The notes under the pieces are model-generated. The model searched no databases and was not told the DNA's origin. It saw only the letters and a program-made list of their open reading frames with translations. From Mobula hypostoma (taxonomy: Eukaryota): a stretch of DNA of 64,000 bases. Location of the stretch: NCBI RefSeq assembly GCF_963921235.1, contig NC_086109.1, positions 11,100,001-11,164,000 of the forward strand, read 5' to 3'. Within the stretch, counting starts at the first letter, position 1. Every line of letters starts with the position of its first letter. This document shows, in pieces, positions 24,001 through 36,948 of the stretch. The translations under genes were made by a program, and so were the position numbers.

Positions 24001-25109
24001 TTTGCAGAAAAGGTAAAATATTTCACTCCAAAACACTAAGTTTCATTTGGTCTGTGCAGAAAACTTTACAATATCCATTAATGGTATGTGGGTGTTTCTT
24101 GTAAAGCTTAAATTTTTTGCTCATCTCTAATTGCTCTTGAAGTGAATAATTTCTAGGAGGTGCAATCTTATTCATTTTGCTCAAGGTGTGGAGTCAAACA
24201 GGCAGAGGTAAGATGTTAAACTTGCTCCCCTAAATAACATTAGTGAATGTGATCTGTTTTTTTTTAAACAGTATCAAAGTTCAAGGTATTAATGATCAAC
24301 TCCTAATTTTACACTAAACTATTTAGTTCGGTGATTTTTAACTTCCTTAGTTGTTTAGCAGGATTTGAACTCATTTTGAAGTGGTAGCTCTGGTTTAAGC
24401 TACTTAAACAACCCCAGCCTGATGCATATTGTTGAATAGACAAGGTTATGTATTTTAAGTGCTTACCAGCATATGTAAGTTTTGAGAGAATTAAAAAAAA
24501 CATTCATTGGATGCAAGTTGGGACATTCTATAAGTTGACTGACTACTTAAACCATGTTAGATGCTTAGTATACTTTTGCATGCAGTGCACCTGAGAAGCG
24601 TTTTGAGTAATAGCAGTTGAAGCATGGCATAGGAAGTATATTTCTTGTTTGCAAATAGTTTCTGGGTCAGATGGTTATGGAAAAGACCAGTGATGCAGAA
24701 ATTTAGTCATACCCTATGAACAATACAAATGACTTGGGTTAGGCATGGATTCCATTTGGGTTTTATGTTCTGAAGAACTCTTTAAAAACAGGTCAGTTTT
24801 TCACTCAGGTTATTAAATGTCTTTTCTGACTGGAAAAACTCAGTAGTATTTCTATCTTCATTTAATTTTTACATCTAGTTGCCTACTTGAAATCATTTAG
24901 GATATTTATAGTTTGAAATATTACTACATTTCTTGGTTACTTTTCATCCTTTATTGTAAGCGTTAATGTGTGAAATTTGTTCAAGTCCTGTCAATCATTT
25001 GGACATTTCAAAGTAGGTAAACAATGGACTTCCCCAGTAAGAAGCAATGAAGTAAGTTTATGACCCATCACCTCAAAGTTTCAGTTGTTTCCCTCCCATT
25101 TTGCATTGT

Positions 25110-25270
25110 ATTTATTTAGAGATACAGCATGGAACAGGCCATTGAGCCATGTCACCTAGCAGCCCATCTATTTACCCATGATCTAAGCACAGGACAATTT
25201 ACAATGACCAACTAAACTACTGACCGGTACATCTTTGGACTGCGGGACGAAGTCCACACAGTCATGGGTG
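25110..25270 (-). mobile_element. HE1-like SINE fragment
   Basis: tttatttagagatacagcatggaacaggcc...ggacaatttacaatgacca...accggtacatctttggactg. Confidence 0.75.
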
Positions 25271-25699
25271 GTGCCTCTTGGTATATTAGATGCAGTATAA
25301 CATCTAATTCTATGTTCCATTGTGTTGAATCAGTGCATAACACTTTCCTCCTCAGAGACAGACAGTGGGTTCAAGCCCAAAGCAAAATAGTCTGGATTCA
25401 AGCAGTATTGAAAGAATGCTGCTTTGAATATGTGCATGGATAGAAAAAGTCTGGAGAGCTATGGGCCAAACTTTACAGGCAAATGGGCCTGGTTTAGGAA
25501 GGCATTTGTCAATATCAAAGAGTTGGGATGAAGATTTCTATTCCTGTGCTGTTTGAATGTTGGAACTAGTTGAGCTGCTTTACCAAGCCCATTTCTGCCT
25601 TTCAGATGGGTGATCAGTGAGTCAGTTGTTATACTATGTTAAGCCAGATGATAAATCATCCACCTTATCTATCAGCCACCACATTGTCCTTCCGAAGTA

Positions 25700-26989
25700 C
25701 AGGTGTCCCTGGCTTTTCAAACGTTCGCTTTACGAAACCTCACTGTTACGAAAGACCTACATTAGTTCCCTGTTTTCGCTAACAGAAGGTGTTTTCACTG
25801 TTATGAAAAAGGCAGCGCGCGGTCTGAGCAGCCGCTCTCCCCCCAGATCCGGAACGGCATTCTCGCCGGCATTGCTTAAACACGTACCTGTGAGCAGCCG
25901 TTAGCAAGAGTTCTAAGGTATCGAAAAAGTCTAAAAGAACTCGTAAGGGTGTTAAACTTAGTGTAAAACTAGACATAATTAAGCGTTTTGATTGTGGTGA
26001 ATGAACTAAAGACAAAGTGAGTTTGGCTTGTGGAAGTTGGCGAAGATGATGTTGAAGAGGTTTTGGCATCCCATGACCAAGAACTTTTATATGAAGAGCT
26101 GATGCAATTGGAAGAGGAAAGGATAGCAATTGAAACCAAATGAGAAATGATGAAGTATGACTTTAATTTTGAAAGGGTACGTCAGTTTAGGGCATATTTG
26201 CAAGATGGTTTGAGTACTTGCAAAGAATTGTATGATAGAAAAATGCGTGAGGCTCAGCAGTCAAGCATACTGTCGTTTTTCAAGCCTTCCACATCAGCCA
26301 CAGCAGACGACGAACCTCGACCTTCGACATCGAGACAGGCAGAGATAGAAGAAGATGACCTGCCTGCCCTAATGGAAACAGACGACGATGAGATGACACC
26401 CCAGTGTCCCACAACCTCAACCCCCAGGACATGGACAGATACCGATTCGCGGAGAATGCAGCATTAGCTGGGAGGCACACAGCACATCTTTAAGAAAAAA
26501 GCCGAAATAAACATGCTAATTAATTAGGTGCCGCCCGGACTGCACCACCCCAACCTCCGATGAGTTAGCCTAACACACCATCATCAGTGTGCTCTGTGCT
26601 GTCTTCCCGATTCCCGTAAGTGATACTACACTGTGCATACATTATTTCTACTTTATATCGGCTGTGTATTTTTACATGTTATTTGGTATGCCAACGGCGC
26701 TTGCGTGAGATTTTCGCTATGGAGAACAGTTCAGGCAATGATTGTGGAAAGTATTTCTACTTTATATAGGCTGTGTATTTATCATATCATTCCTGCTTTT
26801 ACTATATGTTACTGTTATTTTAGGTTTTATGTGTTACTTGGCATGATTTGGTAGGTTATTTTTGGGTCTGCGAATGCTCATAAAATTTTCCCATATAAAT
26901 AAATGGTAATTGCTTCTTCGCTTTACGACATTCCGGTTTACGAACCATTTCATAAGAACGCTCTACCTTCGGATGGTGGGGAAAACCTG
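25700..26989 (+). mobile_element. Tigger/pogo-like DNA transposon, internally deleted
   Basis: TA|caggtgtccc...gggaaaacctg|TA. N-terminal HTH remnant (RTRKGVKLSVKLDIIKRFDCGE) is joined to the C-terminal remnant (DVEEVLASHDQEL...QSSILSFFK); the DDE core is absent. Confidence 0.85.
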
Positions 26990-27240
26990 TAACACACACT
27001 AAATGCTGGAGGAACTTTTGCAGCTCAGGCGGTGTCTATGGAAATGAATAAAAGGTTGACACTTGGGACCGAGATCCTTCTTCAGCACTGAGAAGAAGGC
27101 TCATTCTGAAGAGGGGTCTTGGCCTGAAATATTGATGTTTATTCATTTCCACAGATGCTGTCTGACCTGCTGAATTCCTGCAGCATTTTGTGTGCGTTGC
27201 TTTGGATTTCCAGCATCTGCAGACTTTCTCAGGTTTATAA
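26990..27240 (+). mobile_element. Penelope fold-back pLTR insertion
   Basis: Antisense arm, then sense arm plus tail. TSD-like attgtccttccg (25683-25694) / attgttcttccg (27241-27252) brackets this element and the Tigger. Confidence 0.8.
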
Positions 27241-28029
27241 ATTGTTCTTCCGGTTTTCTTCCCACAGGAGAACAGTGTTCTCTCAGTCAAATTTCCAAGG
27301 TTTTTCTCATGAAACAAACTAAGTTGTGAAACAATCCCACAAGCTATTCAAGCAACAGCCTGATTAGTTACTCACAGAATCAGGTCTTACAAGCTGTGTT
27401 CCAGATCCTTCTGATCCCTGGCTACATCTTGACCCTGGCAGCAAATTCTCCCCGAGGCAGCAATGCAGTTTTACATGAAGAGCCTTCATCATTGGTTCTA
27501 GACCACTTGAAGTTTCTTGACAACAAATCACACATGTCCAAAGGAATGTTCTGCTTACTTTACTTCTTCCGTCAACTGATAAATCAATTCCTCCCCCATG
27601 TTGAACGTTAGGGATAAACACAGCAAGTAGCAATGGCACATGGTGAGTCCTTTAAATGTTAATCAGCATATGGCACAATTCTGACCTAATTGGCAAAACC
27701 TAAAGCACTTAACTGCCAGAATAGAAGCATGATAGTGAGTGAACCCAGGTGAATGTGAGTTGATGACATCATCCTTGTAAGGCTACCTGTTCAATTCTGA
27801 TTAGTCCTGCTTTCTCTCCAAAGGTATCCTCGAGTGTCTTGTGTGGCACTACAGTTATGCCAGTAGGAAGACTTCATATTAGCAATATTCATGCAATTCT
27901 ACAGACCAATGGTAGCAGAAATGTATTCTGCACAATTTTACAATCATGGTTTGGACTATCCATTGCTCTACCTTTAGTATAAAGCCATGTGGTTAATTCT
28001 GGTTCAATAAAGGTGGCAAAAGACCACCT

Positions 28030-28745
28030 TTCAAAGTAAATTCTATTATTAAAGTACATATGTGGCACCATATACGACCCTGAGATTAATTTTCTTGTGG
28101 GCATACTCAATAAATCTGTAGAATAATAACTATACTGGAATCATTGAAATATCACCCAATTAGGGCATTCAACCAGAGTGCAGAAGACAACAAACTGTGC
28201 AAAAACAAAAAGAAGAAATAATAATAAATAAATAAATAGGCAATAAATATTGAGAACATGAGATGAAGAGTTCTTGAAAGTAAGCCCATTGTTTGTGGGA
28301 ATATTTGAATGAAAAAGTTCAAGATCCTGATGGTTGAAGGATAATAACTGTTCTTAAACCTAATGGAGTGAGTCCTGAGGCTCTTGTACCTTCTTCCTGA
28401 TGGCAACTACGAGAAGAGAGCATGTCCTGTGTGGTGGGAGGTCCCTGAAGATGGATGCTGCTTTCCTGCGTCTCATGTAGATGTGCTCAGTTGTTGGGAG
28501 AGTTTTACCTGTGATCGACTGAGCTGTATCCACTACTTTTTGTAGGCTTTTCCATTCAAGGGCATTAGTGTTTCCATACCAGGCTGTGATGCAGCTCGTC
28601 AATATACTCTCCACTACACATCTACAGAAGTTTGTCAAAGTTTTAGATGTCATGCCAAAACTCCATAAACTCCTAATGAGGTATAGGTGCTGCCGTGCTT
28701 TCTTCACAGTTGCACTTTGGTGCTGGGCCCAGGACAGGTCCTTCA
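28030..28745 (-). mobile_element. Rex1/Babar LINE 3' fragment
   Basis: DLSWAQH...KKARQHLY...FCRCVVESILTSCITAWYGN...PSGRRYKSL. Confidence 0.88.
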
Positions 28746-29039
28746 AATCAGTTCTGGGCAAACCCAAAATGAGGCATTAACCCTAGCTACAAAACAGGAC
28801 TTACATGTACATCATACTGTAAAATTAGGGATAGAACAGATCAGACACAACTACAGACTTGCTAGGTCTTGCTTGGAGTGCAAATTACACATACCTCCAA
28901 GAACATCTTCACTTCTACCCACATTGGCAGGTCCCAATACTCAAGTGCTAAAGGGTCTAGTCATCATCCTGGCTGTAGAATTGAAGATGTGCCCAGAATT
29001 AACTGTTACTCAGCACAATCTGTTTCAGCTACAACACTG

Positions 29040-30230
29040 CCATCTACTAAAAAAGTGGAAGTTGTTCAAGAACTTCTTTCCCACAGAAAGAAGAACTGCA
29101 GTCTAGATAATCACCAAACATCTTTTCTCAATTAGCAAAATGATGGAAAATGTTTCTTGCCATTCGATGAAGAGGCACTTATAATTTGCTCACAAGTTCT
29201 CACTTTGGGTTTTGCCAGGACCAGTCAGCTCGAGACCCTACAGCTTTCTTCCAAACATGAATCAAAGAGCTGGCTTTTGTTATTGGTAGAGTTTTTCACC
29301 AAGTGTGCTGCCAAAGAGCCTTGGCAAACTAAGTTAATGGACATGACAAAAGAAACAAAGCAAGATCATTGGTGTGAGAGTTCCTTAAGGCAAGGGCAAT
29401 GTCCAAGGCTAATTGTCTTTAATTGTCTCACTAACTTTCCTTCATTCATATGATCATTAGTGATGTTTGCCGATGATTGCACATGGTTAAAATTATATCT
29501 ATGTCAATTTAGGAAAAACTCCAGGCAGCAAGATGGACACAATCTTTATGCATGGGCTGCTGTGTGGCACATGGTACTTTCCACTCAAGTGCTAGACAAT
29601 GGTTACTTCCATTAACGGAGAGCCTAACCACATACAGTACTGCATTCTCACCATCCTTGGTGACTGTTGACCAAAGCCTCACCTGGACCCACAGGTACCA
29701 TGGCTACAGGAGCAATCCAGAGGCAGCGTGTCCTGTAGAAAGTTGCTCTGCCCTTGACAAGACAAGACTTTTCTATCACCTTCAAGGCATATAGTGTCAC
29801 AAGTCGAGGATGTGATGAAAAACTATTTGCCTGAAAAAGTTCAACACTATCCACAGGACAAAGCAACCTGCTTGTTTGACAAACCTTTTGCTACTCTCTG
29901 CATTTGTTTCCCCATAGCTGGTACACTATAGCTGCAATATATAATAACTATAAAATGCCTGGTTAATTGTCAACGCTATGCTGACAGCCCCATCTAAATC
30001 AGCCACCTCTATCACAAAAGATGAAGGCAGCAGACAGAAGGGAAATGGTGCCACCTATAGGTTCTTTAAGTAGCACACTATCCTGATGTTCTTTTGTCCC
30101 CAGTGAGTCTAAATCTTGGAACAGCATTGTGGAAGTGGCTTCATCAGAAGAATTGCAGCAGTTCAAGGAGCTTGCTAACTGCCAACTTCAAGGGAAATTA
30201 AAATACTAAATGACCTTCCTGGAACTAAAT
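29040..30230 (+). mobile_element. Old, highly degenerate CR1-like LINE remnant
   Basis: RT remnants (gggcaatgtccaaggc; tttgccgatgattgc = FADDC), many indels. Confidence 0.5.
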
Positions 30231-31204
30231 ATCCTATGGAACTATTTTGATGAAGTGGAGTTATAATCAGGGTGCTGGCCGATATCCATCTTTCCAACAA
30301 TTGTTTCGATTATCTGATCATTATCAAATTCCTGTACTTCGAGTATAGTCATATTTCCAATTTACGACGCATTTCCTAGAACTACAAAAGGAGAAATGAC
30401 ATTTAAATAATTTTAAGTATTTTAATTACAAGCAAAATCTTTTGAACTAATTTTTAAGTTTATACATTATTGCTTAAGGTACAAGGAAACCATGTTGATG
30501 CACAGAAAAAATACTTAGTTCAACTTGAAGAGCAGTTTTGGAATTCAGTTTTATTACCACTGTATTTATAAAATAGGAATTACACCATTTAATATATTTA
30601 TGCTAAAATAAATACCAAAGGCTTACTGGTTCAGAATAGTTATACTGTATTAGTAAGTTTGTAATGTTGTGGAATGTGATACAATTATACCGTGAAAATA
30701 TTTTAATTGATCTTCATTTTCAAAATGGCAAGCATTCAACATGAAGTAGGCAATGTGAAATTTCAGTTTCAAGTACAAATAAACTGAAATTTTGAGAGAA
30801 TTAATCAGCCCAAGATATTAACCAAAGATTTCCTGTTTTTTTTGTGAGAATATTGAGAGTGTTTTATTCAATGTCACATACAGCAAACAATAGAATACAG
30901 TATAGAAAAAATACTCTAATGACTTGCATTCCCATTGGAGGCACAGAACTGTAGTTGCCCAAACCAGAGCAAATATTTGATGAATTTGAAATGTCTGATG
31001 GTGGTACCTCTTAAGAGGCTACTAGTCCCTTTCCAAGGGATCTCATGAAACCAATCCCTCCAAAGGAGATTATTTATCAGAATTCCCTGGCTGCCTACAA
31101 CCCACCACTAGTAGGCTTTCTTCATCAGCCACTGCAATTTGTATGATAGGTACTTTCCCAGAGCTCTTAGCAGCGAACAATCAATAAAATGAACATTTTT
31201 TTTT

Positions 31205-31410
31205 AAAAGAGTAAGATTAGTTTTATCACATGTACTTTCAAACAGTGAAATGTGTCGTTGAATGCAATCTGAGGATGTGTTGGGGTCAACCCACTAGTGT
31301 CACCATACTTCCAGCACCATAACTTTCTCCCACACCCGTAGGTCTTTGGAATGTAGGAAGAACCAGGAGCATCCAAAGTAAACCCACGAGTCAGGGAAAA
31401 CAGTATGCTC
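31205..31410 (-). mobile_element. V-SINE fragment, alternative-tail variant
   Basis: tttatcacatgtac...acagtgaaatg tail; gtctttggaatgtaggaagaaccaggagcatcc...aacccacg V domain. Confidence 0.7.
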
Positions 31411-32269
31411 AAGTCTAACCTCTAAACATGTGAAAGGAAAAATCAAGAATGACAAATAAGGGAATAGGAATGTGGAGTTACAAAGTATTGCCTTCAGAAT
31501 CTCAGTGCAAAACCAAGGCCAGAATAACTGAATGGTAATCTTGTTATTCTGACAACTGGATGGTACTAGGTGAAATGCAGACAATCTTACCAGGTCTTTT
31601 TAATAAGTAGGGAATTTCAATAATCTTACAATTTACAATAGGCAGCCTCTTCTACAATCAATTCTTCCTGACAGAAGCCCTTCTATGATCACCAACCTAA
31701 TTTGATCCAACAGTCATTATTTCCAACCTTTTGTTAATGAATGTCCCTGTAGAAGTGTTTGCAACTCATTTTGGATGAAATGTAGGGTTGGATCAAAGTG
31801 GTGCTTTCTATGTTTAAATCTGTTAAAGAATCAAAGACAAAACTGCTTGATGCTGGTACACAAGACATGCTCAGAAGTTGGAAGTTATTCATTCTTCCAC
31901 ATTTAGATGCCAATTTGTGTTTTAAAAGCAAATGATAGTATTATGTCCATTAAAATTTACTTGATATTTTTTCCTGAAAATTTATTAATTGGTTGCTAAA
32001 TTATGTTAAACATTAACAGCAAATTCTAAACTGTTTGCTTTAAATGTCATTGATATTAAGGAGAAAACTGAAAAGTTTACATTCAAGTTACCAAAACTAA
32101 AGTTCTAATTTATGATTGCATACAAAATGCATATCACTTTGTATATAAGAATTACCATTAACTCCAGGGTGGTGGGATTGTTGTAACATTAGTTGAATGC
32201 TATTTGGTCTGTCTTATACATTTCATAAAATTTGTTACATGGAATATTCAGTCTAGTTAGGTTAAAGCT

Positions 32270-32368
32270 TGTGAGAGTAGGAGTTCGGCATGGACTAGAA
32301 GGACTGGGATGGCCTGTTTCCGTGCTGTAATTGTTATATGGTTTGTGATATGTTATATGGTTATATGT
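32270..32368 (+). mobile_element. CR1 3' tail
   Basis: gttcggcatggactagaagg...ggcctgtttccgtgctgtaattgttatatgg repeats. Confidence 0.8.
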
Positions 32369-33628
32369 TGATTATCATGTAGGTTTTCAATGCTAATACA
32401 TCAAGGACCTTTGAAGTCACTGCAGTTTCTCCAACACTAATTCTACATTAGTTCAATGCAATTTTCCCCAGACATAAATGAAATGCAAGGTAGTGGTTGA
32501 TTTCATTTGAACAAAAATCAACCTTAAATCCTTAATAAAAGAGATGACTCAATCAACTAAAATCCTTACTGGCACCAGGTTGTGTTGATGAGCTGTACTG
32601 ATCCCCTTTAAACAAAGTATTGATGTTATCATTCTTATCCTCTTTACAGAACACTCCATAGCTATGGGCCTCAATCTCTGGAAAGCTTTCTGGGCTATAA
32701 GTACTTCAGCAATTTTGAACTCTTGCTGAACGATTTTAATCAGTCTGGTGGACATGCTCATAGCTGCTAAGACTCTTAGCTGTAGAATAGCACCTTATCT
32801 ATTTTCTTAAAAGTGTTTCTAGGAGCTAAGTTTAAAAAATGTATTAACCAAAATTAAAGGGAAAAAATCCAGAATATGGCATTAATAACGATACAAATTT
32901 CCTCCAGTTTCATTTAGCCAGTTGCAGAATCATGAAACACAGAAACCCTTTGGCAAATTGTGTCTATGCTGATGATTAAATACCTACCCATAATAATCCC
33001 ATATACCACAATTTAGCCTATAATATTCTAGCCCTTGGCAATTCAAGTGCTCATCTAGATTGTTCTGATTCAGAGTGTGTTACTACACAAAAAGTAGCAA
33101 GAACAAACAGTTCACTATTCAACTGGAAAGTCCCAGTCACATTCTGCTGTTCCTGACAACAACATGTGCATGAATCTTAAACAATTCTTTGCACCACTCA
33201 GCAAAGACCACAGCTTGAAATAAAGTCTACTCAACCAAACAATTTTCAGCAAAAAAATAAACTGCTCTCACATTCTTTTTGCTGCCCTACAGTCTGATAA
33301 CAACAAATGGTACTATATCTTCTCAGGTTTGATTCTTGGTACCTCTTCTGACAATAGTCTATGATAATTTTCTCCTCTTCTTCTCCTTCTTGTAATTTTT
33401 ATTGTCAGTTGGCAGACATTATGCATTATGGCCACCTACTGTGTTGGAGTCTGGAGCCAAGAGACAGGAAGTATACCCATTAAATACCCCTCCCTCTCCC
33501 AAAGTCAAAATGTCTAATGCTTCTCAGGAAGTCAAATACACACTTTTGCACATTATGATAGCTGTGATATCCTAATAAGCTTTCCATGGTGAACTCTATC
33601 TGTCTCAAAGATCTCAATTTAGCAATTA

Positions 33629-35228
33629 CAGTGGCATGCAAAAGTTTGGTCACCCCGGTCAAAATTTCTGTTACTGTGAATAGCTAAGCGAATAAAAGAT
33701 GACCTGATTTCCAAAAGCCATAAAGTTAAAGATAACACACTTCTTTAATATTTTAAGCAAGATTACTTTTTTATTTTCATCTTTTACAGTTTCAAAAAAG
33801 GAAAAGGGCCCAAAGCAAAAGTTTGGGCACCCTGCATGGTCAGTACTTAGTAACACCCCCTTTGGCAAGTATCACAGCTTGTAAATGCTTTCTGTAGCCA
33901 GCTAAGAGTCTCAATTCTTGTTTGGGGGATTTTTACCCATTCTTCCTTGCAAAAGGCTTCCAGTTCTGTGAGATTCTTGGGGTGTCTTTCATGCACTGCT
34001 CTTTTGAGGTCTATCCACAGATTTCCGATGATGTTTAGGTCGGGGGACTGTGAGAGCCATGGCAATACTTTCAGCTTGCACCTCTTGAGGTGGTCCATTG
34101 AGGACTTTGAGGTGTGTTTAGGATCATTATCCTGTTGTAGAAGCCATCCTTTTTTCATCTTCAGCTTTTTTACAGATGGCGTGATGTTTGCTTCCAGAAT
34201 TTGCTGGTATTTAATTGAATTCATTCTTCCCTCTACCAGTGAAACGTTCCCCATGCCACTGGCTGCAACACAAGCCCAAGGCATGATCGATCCACCCCCC
34301 GTGCTTAACAGTTGGAGAGATGTTCTTTTCATGAAATTCTGCACCCTTTTTTCTCCAAACATACCTTTGCTCATTGCAGCCAAAAAGTTCTATTTTAACT
34401 TCATCAGTCCACAGGACTTGTTTCCAAAATGCATCAGGCTTGTTTAGATGTTTCTTTGCAAACTTCTGACGCTGAATTTTGTGGTGAGGACGCAGGAAAA
34501 GTTTTCTTCTGATGACTCTTCCATGCAGGTCATATTTGTGCTGGTGTCGCTGCACAGTAGAACAGTGCGCCACCACTCCAGAGTCTGCTAAATCTTCCTG
34601 AAGGTCTTTTGCAGTCAAACGGGGATTTTGATTTGCCTTTCTAGCAGTCCTACAAGCAGTTCTCTCGGAAAGTTTTCTTGGTCTTCCAGACCTCAACTTG
34701 ACCTCCACCATTCCTGTTAATTGCCATTTCTTAATTACATTATGATCTGAGGAAACGGCTACCTGAAAACGCTTTGCTATCTTCTGCTTTATGGGCATCA
34801 TTTATTTTAATTTTCAGAATGCTAGGCAGCTGCTTAGAGGAGCCCGTGACTGCTGATTGTAGGGACAAGGCTTGAGGAGTCAGAGTATTTATAAAGCTTT
34901 GAAATTTGCATCATCTGGCCTTTCCTAACAATGACTGTGAACCAACCATAGCCTTAACAAGCTAATTAAGGTCTGAGACCTTGGTAAAAGTTATCTGAGG
35001 GCTCAAATCTCTTGGGGTGCCCAAACTTTTGCATGGTGTTCCTTTCCTTTTTTTTTCCAGCCTAAAATTGTACAAGACAAAAATAATACACTGATCTTGC
35101 TTAAAATGTTGAAAAGAATGTTTCATCTTTAACTTTATGACTTTTGGAGATCAGTTCGTCTTCTACTCACTTAACTATTCACAGTAACAGAAATTGACCA
35201 GGGGTGCCCAAACTTTTGCATGGCACTG
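33629..35228 (-). mobile_element. Tc1-family DNA transposon, IR/DR type, 1.6 kb
   Basis: TA TSDs at 33627-28 and 35229-30. ~210-bp TIRs, each with two direct repeats gcaaaagtttgg(g/t)caccc (33638, 33815; inverted at 35015, 35202). Confidence 0.95.
33847..34801 (-). pseudogene. Tc1 transposase (DD34E), inactivated
   Basis: GRPRK linker, WTDE, QDNDPKH, SPDLNIIG. The third catalytic residue is E->G at D+35; there are frameshifts and a shortened N-terminus. Confidence 0.93.
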
Positions 35229-35749
35229 TAGATGTTTCCTTTGCTCCTCATATGAACTGCGTTCACACGATATATGCTACACCATTTCTTGGCAAGTACA
35301 CCTTGTACAAATGCCAGTATCATGCATATTAATTCTGAAAAGGGAATTATTCAACCTATTATGCCCAACTTGTAAACATGTAAGTATAATTTCTCTCCTT
35401 TTATACCATTTGAGTTCCCACCATCCTCTGCATTTTATACAAATGCGGTCCTTTCTTTTCCTTATCTCAAATTTGTTGCCACAGTGATTGATAGATTTTT
35501 TAATTATGGCTTTCATCTCCCCCTGATGCAGAGACACCACTACATTTATATCCTTAATTTTAAATGATTGCGTGGCAAGAATGCCTGCTATCTTGTTTCC
35601 TTAAACTCCAATGTGGGTAGGAATCCATATGAAATGTATAGACAGGCCTAGATCATACAGTCTCAGCAGATGTTACCTAATCTCAAAAAGAATGTCTGGC
35701 CTATAATTTGAAGTACCTCTGTTAATAGAGGTTTAAGACTGAGAATGAA

Positions 35750-36180
35750 TCCAGTCAGCTCCATCTTGATTACTAGCCCAGGACATCTTCAGGGAGTGGT
35801 GTCTCAGAAAGGCAGCATCCATTGTAGAGGACCTCCAGTACCCAGGGCATGCCCTTTTCTCACTGTTACCATCAGGTAGGAGGTACAGAAGCCTGAAGGC
35901 ACACACTCAGCAATTCAGGAACAGCTTCTTCCCCTCTTCCATACAGTTCCTAGGTGGACATTGGATCCTTGGACACTACCTCACTTTTATTAATATACAG
36001 TATTTCTGTTTTTGCACAGATTTTAAAAATCTATTCAATATACATATATTGTAATTGATTTACTTTATTATTATTTTTATTTATTATATTTCTTCTAGAT
36101 TATGTATTGCATTGAACTGCTGCTAAGTTAACAAATTTCACGTCACATGCCGGTGATAATAAACCTGACTCTGATTCTGA
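35750..36180 (+). mobile_element. Rex1/Babar 3' fragment nested in the Nimb element
   Basis: ccatcaggtaggaggtacagaagcctg (PSGRRYRSL) and tail ataataaacctgactctgattctga. Confidence 0.85.
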
Positions 36181-36359
36181 GAAGTACATAATATTGGTGT
36201 GCTTCTTTGACCCATTCCAAGGCTGAAGTGATGCCAACCATCTCAGACGTGAATACTGGTACTTTGACTGATAATCTTTTTTTAATAGTTACCTGAAATT
36301 TTGGAACATAAACAGAAAGTCCTGAACGACCTGTCACTGGATCTTTTGAACGATCTGTG

Positions 36360-36948
36360 TGTACGGAGTCTTTCTTTTTTGTTAAATTTAAAATGGCTTC
36401 TTTTGTTATGTTATACTGAGGAATGCTGAGAAAGTCTCTAACTAGACAGTTGCTTGGGTTATTAGAGATAGCAGGCTGCTATTAGCCAGTGGGTGGTCAT
36501 GTATCGTTTTGTTTTCGGATGATAATGCTGTATCATATGACTGGGGACGGGGTTTTGGCGGGGAGTCGGAGGAGAGACGGGGAGGACGGTGGATGTGCGG
36601 AAAGGCTCCGGTCGATCACTTCGGGTGGTCCCGAGCCGTGAGTCGACAGGATCCGGGTGGTCGTCAGGAATCGATTGAGCTCCAACGGTTGCGCGCAAAG
36701 AACTTGGATTTTGATAAGTCTTGGTGCCTTTTTTTTCCCATTACTTCCCTTTCTGTATCGAATTTATTTTAACGTCGTAGAATTAGTAATATCTATAAAG
36801 TGTACTTGTTAAAATTTACTGGGTGTACTGGCTGATGATTGATGTTTGGGCTTGATTCGGGCGGCAACCGACCTGTAGGGAGTGTTGAGGCAGGTGCTGG
36901 GTGGGATTTCCCCTAGACATATACGAGCCAATATAGCGGAACGTTACA
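36360..36948. mobile_element. Solo LTR (Gypsy-like), 589 bp
   Basis: TGTACG...CGTTACA termini, 4-bp TSD tgtg, CpG-rich interior. It splits the Nimb RNase H TDGSK-like motif region. Confidence 0.75.

Noticed and set aside
27378..27642. Apparent + strand exon (ctcacag| ... tg|gtgagt)
   Set aside because: All three frames contain stops and the pyrimidine tract is weak.
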